Both the position numbers and the translations under genes were made by a program. A stretch of 64,000 nt of DNA from Candidatus Aegiribacteria sp. (GTDB lineage Bacteria > Fermentibacterota > Fermentibacteria > Fermentibacterales > JCC-6), in the NCBI GenBank assembly GCA_021108435.1, contig JAIOQY010000032.1:1890-65889 (forward strand), read 5' to 3'. Below are positions 10,654 through 19,347 of this stretch, piece after piece. Below the pieces are notes generated by a model. The model made no database searches, was not told the DNA's origin, and saw nothing but the letters and a program-made list of their open reading frames with translations. Positions within the stretch are counted from its first letter, which is position 1. Every line of letters begins with the position of its first letter.

Positions 10654-12006
10654 CTAGACTACGCCCTGAGCCATCATGGCATCGGCGACCTTGCGGAAGC
10701 CGGCTGCATTTGCTCCAAGCACATAGTTTCCAGGATCACCGTAGAATTTTGCTGCTTCGTAAGCCTGGCTGTGTATACTGATCATGATGTTATGAAGTTT
10801 CTCATCGACCTCTTTGCGGGTCCAGCTTGAGAATATGGCGTTCTGTGCCATCTCAAGACCTGAAGTCGAAACTCCACCGGCGTTAGCGGCTTTTCCTGGG
10901 CCATATAGAACCTTGTGGTCAAGGAATATGTTTACACCCTCAGGAACCGTAGGCATGTTGGCTCCCTCGGAGACAAGGAAGACGCCATTGTTGATAAGGT
11001 TCTGAGCATCCTTCGCGTTGATCTCATTCTGTGTAGCACTCGGGAATGAGCAATCCGCCTTATGATCCCAGAGAGGATTGTAGTCGAGATCAGGATCGAC
11101 AGCTGTGTAGACAGCGTTCGGATATTTCTCTACGTATTCCTTTATTCTGCCTCTTTTTACGTTCTTGAGGTCCATCACATATGCGAGTTTATCGGCATCG
11201 ATACCGTCCTCATCGTAAATGTATCCACTGGAATCTGAAAGAGTGACCACTTTACCACCGAGTTCTGTAATTTTCTCGGTAGCAAACTGGGCAACGTTAC
11301 CTGATCCCGAAACAAGACAGACCTTATCCTGGTAGCTGTCACCACGTGTTTTGAGCATCTCTTCGCCGAAGTAGACAGCGCCGTAACCGGTGGCTTCCGG
11401 TCTGATAAGACTTCCGCCATACTCGCGGCCTTTACCAGTGAGTACGCCGCTCCATTCATTGCGAAGCTTTTTGTACTGTCCGAAAAGGAAACCGATCTCA
11501 CGTCCGCCAACACCAATATCGCCTGCCGGAACATCAGTGTTCGGCCCGATATGACGGAAAAGCTCGGACATGAAGCTCTGGCAGAAGCGCATTACTTCAA
11601 GGTCGGATTTTCCCTTGGGATCAAAATCGGATCCACCTTTACCGCCACCCATGGGGATGGTTGTGAGAGCGTTCTTGAAAACCTGCTCAAACGCGAGGAA
11701 CTTGAGGATGCCAAGGTTCACCGAAGGGTGGAATCGAAGACCGCCCTTATAGGGTCCTATAGCACTGTTCATCTCGATACGGAATCCACGGTTCACATGG
11801 ATCTCTCCACTGTCATCTACCCATGGAACACGGAACATGATAACGCGTTCAGGTTCAACTATACGCTCAGGAATTTTCGCACTCCTGTATTCAGGGTGCT
11901 TATCAAGCACCACTTCAAGCGATTCAAGGACTTCCTGTACAGCCTGATGGAATTCCGGCTGAGAAGGATCCCTCTGTACTACCTTCTGGTAGAGTTCTTC
12001 GAGCAT
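10654..12006 (-). CDS. gdhA: NADP-specific glutamate dehydrogenase (E. coli GdhA-type, ~450 aa)
   Basis: YKGGLRFHPSVNLGILKFLAFEQVFKN, PMGGGKGGSDFDPKGKS and GSGNVA are classic GdhA motifs. An RBS-like AAGGGGA lies upstream. Confidence 0.92.
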   Translation of the reverse strand: MLEELYQKVVQRDPSQPEFHQAVQEVLESLEVVLDKHPEYRSAKIPERIVEPERVIMFRVPWVDDSGEIHVNRGFRIEMNSAIGPYKGGLRFHPSVNLGILKFLAFEQVFKNALTTIPMGGGKGGSDFDPKGKSDLEVMRFCQSFMSELFRHIGPNTDVPAGDIGVGGREIGFLFGQYKKLRNEWSGVLTGKGREYGGSLIRPEATGYGAVYFGEEMLKTRGDSYQDKVCLVSGSGNVAQFATEKITELGGKVVTLSDSSGYIYDEDGIDADKLAYVMDLKNVKRGRIKEYVEKYPNAVYTAVDPDLDYNPLWDHKADCSFPSATQNEINAKDAQNLINNGVFLVSEGANMPTVPEGVNIFLDHKVLYGPGKAANAGGVSTSGLEMAQNAIFSSWTRKEVDEKLHNIMISIHSQAYEAAKFYGDPGNYVLGANAAGFRKVADAMMAQGVV

Positions 12007-12258
12007 TTTCAGTCCCCTTTCAAAGGATAAGTTGAGGTTTCAATAGGATCAAATCTTTACAATGAATGTGTTAGCTTAATCGAGGACGTATCACTCTGTC
12101 AATAGCATACCAGTTTTCAGGAATACCGGGTGTTTTATATCTTTACTTGACCTTATGCTTTGTCGGAAGATATGATGCTGACTTGGTGCGCTTATCTGTA
12201 ATTACATCTGGAGAGTTTTCTTTAAGCAAAGAATCCAGTATCAGCGAGAGGAACTCGT

Positions 12259-15234
12259 GTGACGGAACTGATCAAGGGAAGAAAAAAAAGGCTTCAGCTG
12301 AGGAAAATTGAATCCCGGCTGGACAGCCTTATGAAAACCAGAATTCGGAATATCCTGCTCATATGCAGTCTATATGATTACTATATGATAGAGGAGGATG
12401 GAAGACTTGGTGACCTTCTTGGAAACACCTACACGATAAGTGACGCAGGGAATATTCCTGTAATTACTCAGATATCAAATGCTGATACCGCCCTTGAACT
12501 TCTCGGAAAAGACGCGGGGCAAAGTATTGATCTTATCATCTGCATGGCAAGAATCGGAAGTATGGATTTTCCTGAATTCATCAGGAACATCAGGACTATT
12601 CGCTCCGATCTTCCGATTGTTGTACTGGCTCACAGCCCTGAGGAACTGTTGAGGCTGCAGGAAAAACACTGGACTGATGAAACCAACAGGGTTTTCACCT
12701 GGCTCGGGCGCGGAGAGACTGTACTTGGAATAATCAGACTTGTTGAGGATTCAAGAAACGCGGAGCATGACTGCGCTGAACTTGGAGCGCCCTGCCTTCT
12801 GCTTGTTGAGGATGATGTCCATTTTTATTCAAGATATCTGTACGAGGTTATGACCATAATACAGGAAAGAACCATAGAAATTCTCGACAGTTTTTCATCT
12901 TTTACAAAAAGAAATCTCAGAGCCAGAACCAGAACGAAAGTATTGATGGTTACCTCACTTGAGGAAGCTGAGAAGATACTGGAAACTCATGGAGACGCGC
13001 TCATCGGAGTGATCACCGATATGAAATTTCTCAGAAAAGGTGAACTGGATGAAAAAGCGGGAAAAATTCTTATCAGGAAGATAAAGGAAACTCTGCCGGA
13101 AATGCCCGTTATCCTGCAGACATCTGAATCAAAAGGGCAGAAGATCGCTGCCGCGCTGGGTGTTGAATACATTTCAAAGAACTCACCGGCGCTGATGAGC
13201 GATCTCAGAAAATGTCTTGCAGAGTCCTTCGGATTCGGCGATCTTGTCTTCAGAAATGATGATGGAGAGATCATCAGATCAGTTTCAAATATTAAAGAAA
13301 TGAATCAGCTGATCGATAAAATACCTGCTGAATCTGTTTATCGGAGTTTGAGTACCGGCGAGCTGGTGCGCTGGCTGAAGATACAGACAGAACTTGAACT
13401 CGCATGCAGGGTACAGGAAAATTTATCAATGAACGGAACCCCGCTCGAAGTCAGAACCGGACTGGTTGATATTTTCAGCGATTTCAACAAAGAGAGCAGG
13501 CGGGGATATGTGTCAAATTACAGCAGATCCTTCCATGAGGATCAGATTCTTTTCAGCAGACTGGGATCAGGTTCAATGGGTGGCAAAGGAAGAGGGCTGG
13601 CTTTCATTGATCGGGTGCTGGCAGCCAATTTTGATGAAAGCAGATTCAAGAAAGTACATGTCTCTGTTCCACGTACACTTATAATAACGACGGAGTTCTT
13701 CGATAAATTCGTGTATCAGAACAAATTGCTGGAATTTGCTCTTGAATGCGATAATGATCTCAGAATTTTAAGACAGTTTTTAAAGGCTGACCTTCCCCCG
13801 ACCATTCTCGGTGATATCAGAGACTATATCAGAGCAGTCCGGTCACCGATTGCAGTGAGATCTTCAAGTCTCCTTGAGGACGCGATGTATCAGCCATTCG
13901 CCGGCATCTACGCCACAAAAATGCTTCCGAATAATTCCCGGAGCGAAGACAAGAGATTCAATGAACTGGCGGATGCCATTAAATTCGTTTACGCATCCAC
14001 ATTTCTCAAAGCCGCGAAGTCATATATCACAGCGACGAACCACCGCGTGGAGGACGAGAAGATGGCTGTTCTTCTTCAGGAAGTTGTTGGCAGGAATTAC
14101 GGACATTCCTTCTACCCGCATTTCGCCGGAGTCGGCCGGTCTTATGATTTCTATCCAACCGGTTCCGCAAAACCGGAGGATGGAGTTGTAAATGTCGCGC
14201 TGGGACTTGGGAAATCGATTGTTGATGGTGGCGTATCACTTCGGTTTACGCCGAAGTTCCCGAGGGTTCTTCCTCAGTTCGCAACTCTCAAGGATATGAT
14301 GAACAACTCTCAGCACAACTTCTATGCTGTGAGTATGGGTCACTCCGAATGGAGTTCTTCCCTTGATGAGGATCAGTACCTGATTCTGCAGGATCCTGGA
14401 GTTGCGGAGAGTGATGGAACCCTGGAATACCTGGCTTCAACGTACGATGCGGCTAATGAGAGAGTACTGGATGGCATCACACGATCCGGACCCAGAGTGA
14501 TCAACTTCGCGCATGTACTCAAGAATAAAGTCTTTCCACTCGCCCCTCTTACTGATGTGCTGCTTACTATGGGCGAGGATGCTATGGGGTGTCCTGTAGA
14601 GATCGAGTTCGCGGTTACTCTCGGCAAAAAGCGACCCCTTCCAGCTGAATTCAGTCTGCTCCAGATAAGACCCATGGTGGTCAGTGACAGGCTGGTGAAA
14701 GTAGATCTGACCAATATGGAGAAAAAAGAACTCTTCTGCTGGACGGACACAGCGCTCGGTAATGGAATAATCGATACGATCAAAGATATTGTGTATGTAA
14801 AACCGGACCAATTCGATGCATCTAAAACCCGTGCAATTGTAAAGGAAGTGGACAAACTAAACAGAGAACTGAGCAATGAAGGTAGATCTTACATGCTCAT
14901 CGGACCAGGCAGATGGGGTTCAACAGACCCCTGGCTTGGTATACCGGTAACCTGGAGCCAGATTTCAGGAGTGAAGGTTATAATGGAGGCAAGCCAGCAG
15001 AATATGAATATCGATCCATCCCAGGGTTCTCACTTTTTTCAGAATATGACTTCTCTTGGCGTTGCTTATTTTACGGTGTCTCATGTCAAGGAAAGTAATT
15101 TTATCGACTGGTCATGGCTTGATTCTCAACCGGCCGCAGCCGATGGCGAACTCCTGCGTCACATAAGCCTTGAGTCGCCCGTAAAAGTAATGATTGATGG
15201 ACGGTCCGGTAATGGAGTAATGGTTAAACCATAA
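12259..15234 (+). CDS. receiver-domain-containing PEP/pyruvate-binding (PPDK_N) protein of unknown function
   Basis: Paralogue of 8274..10622: GGKGRGLA, AVRSSSLLEDAMYQPFAGIY, GPGRWGS, GSHFFQN. It is preceded by two receiver-like modules. The start is GTG at 12259; ATG at 12331 is an alternative. Confidence 0.75.
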   Translation: MTELIKGRKKRLQLRKIESRLDSLMKTRIRNILLICSLYDYYMIEEDGRLGDLLGNTYTISDAGNIPVITQISNADTALELLGKDAGQSIDLIICMARIGSMDFPEFIRNIRTIRSDLPIVVLAHSPEELLRLQEKHWTDETNRVFTWLGRGETVLGIIRLVEDSRNAEHDCAELGAPCLLLVEDDVHFYSRYLYEVMTIIQERTIEILDSFSSFTKRNLRARTRTKVLMVTSLEEAEKILETHGDALIGVITDMKFLRKGELDEKAGKILIRKIKETLPEMPVILQTSESKGQKIAAALGVEYISKNSPALMSDLRKCLAESFGFGDLVFRNDDGEIIRSVSNIKEMNQLIDKIPAESVYRSLSTGELVRWLKIQTELELACRVQENLSMNGTPLEVRTGLVDIFSDFNKESRRGYVSNYSRSFHEDQILFSRLGSGSMGGKGRGLAFIDRVLAANFDESRFKKVHVSVPRTLIITTEFFDKFVYQNKLLEFALECDNDLRILRQFLKADLPPTILGDIRDYIRAVRSPIAVRSSSLLEDAMYQPFAGIYATKMLPNNSRSEDKRFNELADAIKFVYASTFLKAAKSYITATNHRVEDEKMAVLLQEVVGRNYGHSFYPHFAGVGRSYDFYPTGSAKPEDGVVNVALGLGKSIVDGGVSLRFTPKFPRVLPQFATLKDMMNNSQHNFYAVSMGHSEWSSSLDEDQYLILQDPGVAESDGTLEYLASTYDAANERVLDGITRSGPRVINFAHVLKNKVFPLAPLTDVLLTMGEDAMGCPVEIEFAVTLGKKRPLPAEFSLLQIRPMVVSDRLVKVDLTNMEKKELFCWTDTALGNGIIDTIKDIVYVKPDQFDASKTRAIVKEVDKLNRELSNEGRSYMLIGPGRWGSTDPWLGIPVTWSQISGVKVIMEASQQNMNIDPSQGSHFFQNMTSLGVAYFTVSHVKESNFIDWSWLDSQPAAADGELLRHISLESPVKVMIDGRSGNGVMVKP

Positions 15235-15273
15235 CATCGCTGCAACAGTGCGAAAAAAGTGAGGGAGTTGCAT

Positions 15274-16140
15274 ATGCACGAGATCCTTTTTAAAGAGGAG
15301 ATTGGACCTGACATTCATCTATATCGGTTCCATGCGCCCGATGTGGCCAGGTTCAGAAAGCCCGGCCAGTTCGTGATCGTAAGGATCAGCGATGAGGGAG
15401 AGCGAATTCCAATTACTATCGCTGATGTAAACCATGACAAGGGTAGTATTACTCTCATCGTGCAGTCAGTCGGGAAGACAACTCTGCAGATGGCCGGGAT
15501 GAATGTAGGCGACTCAATTCCGGACATAACCGGCCCTCTTGGAGTTCCGACACATATTGAGAAAGTAGGGAACGTACTCTGCGTTGGTGGCGGTATCGGG
15601 ATTGCTCCATTGTATCCTGTTGCGAAAGCAATGAAGGATATCGGTAATCGTGTGATCAGCATACTCGGCGCGAGATCCTCAAATCTTCTGATTCTCGAGA
15701 AGGAAATGAAAGAAGTGAGCAGCGAAGTGCTTATCACAACGGATGATGGAACAAAGGGCCGCAAAGGACTGGTCACGGATGCCATCAAGGAACTTGTCAG
15801 TCAGGGTGAGAAATTCAATCTGTGTGTTGCTATGGGACCGCCAATCATGATGAAATTTGTCAGCCTTCTTACGAAAGAACTTGATATTCCAACTATTGTC
15901 AGCCTGAATCCTATCATGATCGATGGTACTGGCATGTGCGGAGGCTGCAGAGTAACTGTGGGGGGTGAGACGAAATTTGCCTGTGTTGATGGACCTGAGT
16001 TCGATGGACATCAGGTTGATTTCGACGAATTGATGAAACGTCTGACGATGTACTCATCGCATGAAAAACAATCCCTTGACCGTTATTCGTCAAAGACCGG
16101 CTGCAAGCTGGCCAGCGTGCTGGAGGGGGATCAGGAATGA
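15274..16140 (+). CDS. nfnA: NfnA-type ferredoxin-NADP+ oxidoreductase subunit (PyrK-like FAD/2Fe-2S)
   Basis: ORF 15259..16140. I moved the start to ATG 15274, with GAGGGAG 6 nt upstream. PyrK-like fold with a C-terminal GMCGGCRV...C cluster. It is coupled to the GltD-like gene by an ATGA overlap. Confidence 0.75.
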   Translation: MHEILFKEEIGPDIHLYRFHAPDVARFRKPGQFVIVRISDEGERIPITIADVNHDKGSITLIVQSVGKTTLQMAGMNVGDSIPDITGPLGVPTHIEKVGNVLCVGGGIGIAPLYPVAKAMKDIGNRVISILGARSSNLLILEKEMKEVSSEVLITTDDGTKGRKGLVTDAIKELVSQGEKFNLCVAMGPPIMMKFVSLLTKELDIPTIVSLNPIMIDGTGMCGGCRVTVGGETKFACVDGPEFDGHQVDFDELMKRLTMYSSHEKQSLDRYSSKTGCKLASVLEGDQE

Positions 16141-17600
16141 ACATCAAGGAAAGACTTAAAATTCCGCCAACCATGATGCCCGAGCAGGATCCCGCCGAGC
16201 GGATCACCAATGTGGAAGAGGTTCCCCTTGGTTATACCCCGGAGATGGCAATGCTGGAAGCGAAGAGGTGTGTTCAATGCAAAACTCCGTTCTGTGTGGA
16301 AGGATGTCCTGTCGGAATTGATATTCCGGGCTTTATCAAATTGATAGAGGACGGAGATTTTCGTGGGGCGATAAACAAGATGAAGGAGAAGAACCTCCTC
16401 CCCGCCATCTGCGGCAGGGTATGCCCTCAGGAGGAACAGTGTCAGCTGGTCTGCACAATAGGAAAGGCACAGAAAGATCCCTGCAAAGCCGTGATGATCG
16501 GGAAACTCGAACGGTTCGTAGCGGACTGGGAACGGGAACAGGGAGAGTACGATCTTCCGCCCGAAGTCAAACCTTCAGGCAGAAAAGTTGCTGTTATCGG
16601 TGCAGGGCCTGCTGGTTTGACGGTTGCCGGCGATCTGATCAGGTTCGGACATTCCGTGACAGTGTTTGAAGCGCTTCACAAGGCTGGAGGAGTGCTGGTT
16701 TACGGTATTCCCGAATTCAGGCTCCCCAAAGCAATTGTCCAGGGGGAAGTTGATTATCTCGAGAAACTAGGAGTCAATTTCCGATACAATTTCGTTGTGG
16801 GCAAGACAGCTCCGGTGAGTCAGCTTATCGAAGATTATGACGCAGTATTTATCGGGACCGGAGCAGGGCTTCCGCGATTCATGAGGGTCGATGGAGAAAA
16901 CCTCCTGGGTGTTCTATCCGCTAATGAGTATCTGACAAGGGCCAACCTGATGAAAGCTTACAGTTTTCCGGAAACCGATACGCCTATAGTAACAGGGAAG
17001 AAAGTAATCACTGTCGGCGGCGGAAACGTTGCTATGGACTGCGCCAGAACTGCACTGAGAATGGGCGCTGCCAGATCGCTTATCGTTTACCGCAGAGCAG
17101 AGGAACAGATGCCGGCAAGACTCGAAGAGATTCATCATGCCAGGGAAGAAGGAGTTGAATTCCACCTTCTGCAGAACCCCGTCAGTCTTATCGGGAATGA
17201 GGCCGGATGGATATCTGGAGCCAGACTTATTAAAATGGAACTGGGAAAACCTGACTCTTCCGGGAGAAGAAGACCTGTTCCCATTGAAGGGTCAGAGTTC
17301 ATCGAAGAGACCGACGCGCTGATTGTCGCGATAGGTAACAGTCCAAACCCTCTAGTACCGGCTTCATTCCCGGAGCTGGAGGTCACAAGATGGGGCGGAG
17401 TTGTTGTCAACGAGTTAACAGGTCAAACCTCTGTTCCAGGCGTTTTTGCCGGAGGTGATATTGTACTCGGGGCTGCGACGGTTATTCTCGCGATGGGACA
17501 CGGCCGGCGTGCAGCAAAGGCGATGAATCTGTATCTGAATTCCGGTCGCTGGGTCGATCTGGACAAAGCAATGGACCTGTCCAGAGCTGAAGTGCGATAA
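16137..17600 (+). CDS. nfnB: NfnB-type / glutamate synthase small-subunit-like NADPH oxidoreductase
   Basis: CVQCKTPFCVEGCP...CGRVCPQEEQC, VAVIGAGPAGLT and GGGNVAMDCART form the GltD family pattern. There is no GOGAT large subunit nearby. Confidence 0.8.
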   Translation: MNIKERLKIPPTMMPEQDPAERITNVEEVPLGYTPEMAMLEAKRCVQCKTPFCVEGCPVGIDIPGFIKLIEDGDFRGAINKMKEKNLLPAICGRVCPQEEQCQLVCTIGKAQKDPCKAVMIGKLERFVADWEREQGEYDLPPEVKPSGRKVAVIGAGPAGLTVAGDLIRFGHSVTVFEALHKAGGVLVYGIPEFRLPKAIVQGEVDYLEKLGVNFRYNFVVGKTAPVSQLIEDYDAVFIGTGAGLPRFMRVDGENLLGVLSANEYLTRANLMKAYSFPETDTPIVTGKKVITVGGGNVAMDCARTALRMGAARSLIVYRRAEEQMPARLEEIHHAREEGVEFHLLQNPVSLIGNEAGWISGARLIKMELGKPDSSGRRRPVPIEGSEFIEETDALIVAIGNSPNPLVPASFPELEVTRWGGVVVNELTGQTSVPGVFAGGDIVLGAATVILAMGHGRRAAKAMNLYLNSGRWVDLDKAMDLSRAEVR

Positions 17601-17683
17601 CCTGTGATGTTCTTGACTTTACTGAATGTGGAACGTAGCGTTCCCCCATTCATTCAAATATGCCCTAAAGAAGGAGGAATCCA

Positions 17684-18670
17684 TTGAAAGGCCGCGTACT
17701 TATTATTGACGATGAAGCTGAGATTCGACGCAATCTTACAGTAGGTCTTACTCAGGAAGATTACACTGCCGTTGCCTGTCCTGATGGTATTTCCGCGATT
17801 CATGAACTGAATCAGTCTCGAGAAAAGGGTGTAGCATACGATTATCTTATTACTGACATATTCATGCCGGATATCGATGGTCTGAAGATACTCAAGGTGA
17901 TAAAAAATCAGTATCCCGACCTTCCCGTTCTCGTAATTACGGGCTTCGGGGATGAGAGACTGATGATGACCGCGCTTTCAGAACAGAACACCGGTTATCT
18001 GGACAAGCCATTTGAAATATCGGATCTTGTAGAAGCTCTTGAGGAATTGTCTCCTGGGAAAACAGGAACCGAAACAGAAGAAGCTTCAGTTGATGACGGT
18101 ATGCGGGAATCGGTAAGCGCCTACCTGACCGTGAAGATAACGGAACCTGACAGAAGCATGGAGATATTTGATATCCTTTACAGGATGGATGGTATCCAGT
18201 CATGCGATGCTGTGAGAGGTGATTTCGACATAATACTTCTCGTTCAGGCTTCTTCGACTGATGAAATCCAGGAGATATTCAGCAGAGTCAAAGAACTGGA
18301 CGGCATTGAAGTGCTGTCCATGTCTCAAATTGAGCGTCCAAAGCTCGACAGAGATGTAGACTCCTTTATCGATACATACCAGAAGGCCGTCAAAAGGGAC
18401 GTTCAGGCAGAAGCCAGAAGACAGCCGGGAACGATGAGTTATATCATCGTTGACATAGATCCGGATGCGATTCAGCAGATATTTACAACGGTTTTCTTCA
18501 TCGATGAAGTTGTCTTCTGTGATGTTATCGAAGATGGTGCTAAGCTTGTCGGTATGATTACCGGTCATGGAGCCATGGGGAAAACTCCCCGGATCATTGA
18601 GAAACTGAGTCAGATTGATGGTGTTCTTAGAGTTCGTGAAGCCAAAGTAATAAATCTTATTGATGACTGA
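17684..18670 (+). CDS. response regulator receiver fused to two RAM (Lrp/AsnC ligand-binding-like) domains, no DNA-binding domain seen
   Basis: GGAGGA RBS with a TTG start. REC motifs are VLIIDDE, ITDIFMPDIDG, VITGFG and LDKPF. Two alpha-beta sandwich-like blocks follow: AYLTVKI...GDFDIILLVQASS...LDGIEV and SYIIVDI...KLVGMITG...IDGVLRV. Confidence 0.65.
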   Translation: MKGRVLIIDDEAEIRRNLTVGLTQEDYTAVACPDGISAIHELNQSREKGVAYDYLITDIFMPDIDGLKILKVIKNQYPDLPVLVITGFGDERLMMTALSEQNTGYLDKPFEISDLVEALEELSPGKTGTETEEASVDDGMRESVSAYLTVKITEPDRSMEIFDILYRMDGIQSCDAVRGDFDIILLVQASSTDEIQEIFSRVKELDGIEVLSMSQIERPKLDRDVDSFIDTYQKAVKRDVQAEARRQPGTMSYIIVDIDPDAIQQIFTTVFFIDEVVFCDVIEDGAKLVGMITGHGAMGKTPRIIEKLSQIDGVLRVREAKVINLIDD

Positions 18671-18797
18671 TGGCCGCTCAATCTTTTCAGGGTTGTCATC
18701 AGGATAATGAAATTAAACCGGTTTATGATCTGAATCTGTTGTAGCGGACCGAAAACGGAATTCGGGTCAATGAGAGGAAGTGGTGATCACGGCTACA

Positions 18798-19298
18798 ATG
18801 AGGGAGAATTTCAGTTACAGGCTATGGAGATATGACGGAGCACCCGGTGAGCTTATCCCTCTTCTGCAGTCTGCCCAGGAACACTTCGGTTACATACCCA
18901 TCCGCGCGATCAACTACATTTCCGGAGTAACCGGAATACCTGAGTCGGATATCTATGGAGTTATTACTTTTTACAGTCAGTTCAGACTTCGCCCCATGGG
19001 TAAGTACATTATTCGTGCGTGCGCCGGAACTGCCTGTCATGTATCCGGGGCTAAAATGATTATAGAGACTATCGAGGATGAACTCGGGATCGAAGTCGGT
19101 GATACATCGGAGGACGGGATGTACACTCTGAATACGGTAGCCTGCATCGGCTGCTGTTCTCTTGCGCCTGTTATAATGATTAATGACGAGACTTACGGTC
19201 GGCTTACACCTGCATCGCTGCGGAAACTTCTTCGTGAACATATCCGTAAGACCGGCGCAAAAGCCGATTCTGTCGTAGGAGCATCCTGCGGCGGTTAA
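18798..19298 (+). CDS. NuoE/HydC-like 2Fe-2S thioredoxin-fold subunit
   Basis: CAGTACHVSGA...CIGCCSLAPV is the NuoE-type 2Fe-2S motif. I chose the ATG at 18798; the ORF track start, GTG 18780, is an alternative. Confidence 0.8.
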   Translation: MRENFSYRLWRYDGAPGELIPLLQSAQEHFGYIPIRAINYISGVTGIPESDIYGVITFYSQFRLRPMGKYIIRACAGTACHVSGAKMIIETIEDELGIEVGDTSEDGMYTLNTVACIGCCSLAPVIMINDETYGRLTPASLRKLLREHIRKTGAKADSVVGASCGG

Positions 19299-19347
19299 AT
19301 GTTTCGATTTATGAAATCCATTTGTGAAAAACGTCTGGAGCGCTGAA

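Noticed and set aside
15274-17600. GltD-like genes as glutamate synthase (GOGAT)
   Set aside because: The window has no GltB-type large subunit (amidotransferase/FMN/GXGXG domains). The small PyrK-like partner and the ATGA coupling fit NfnAB/SudAB instead.
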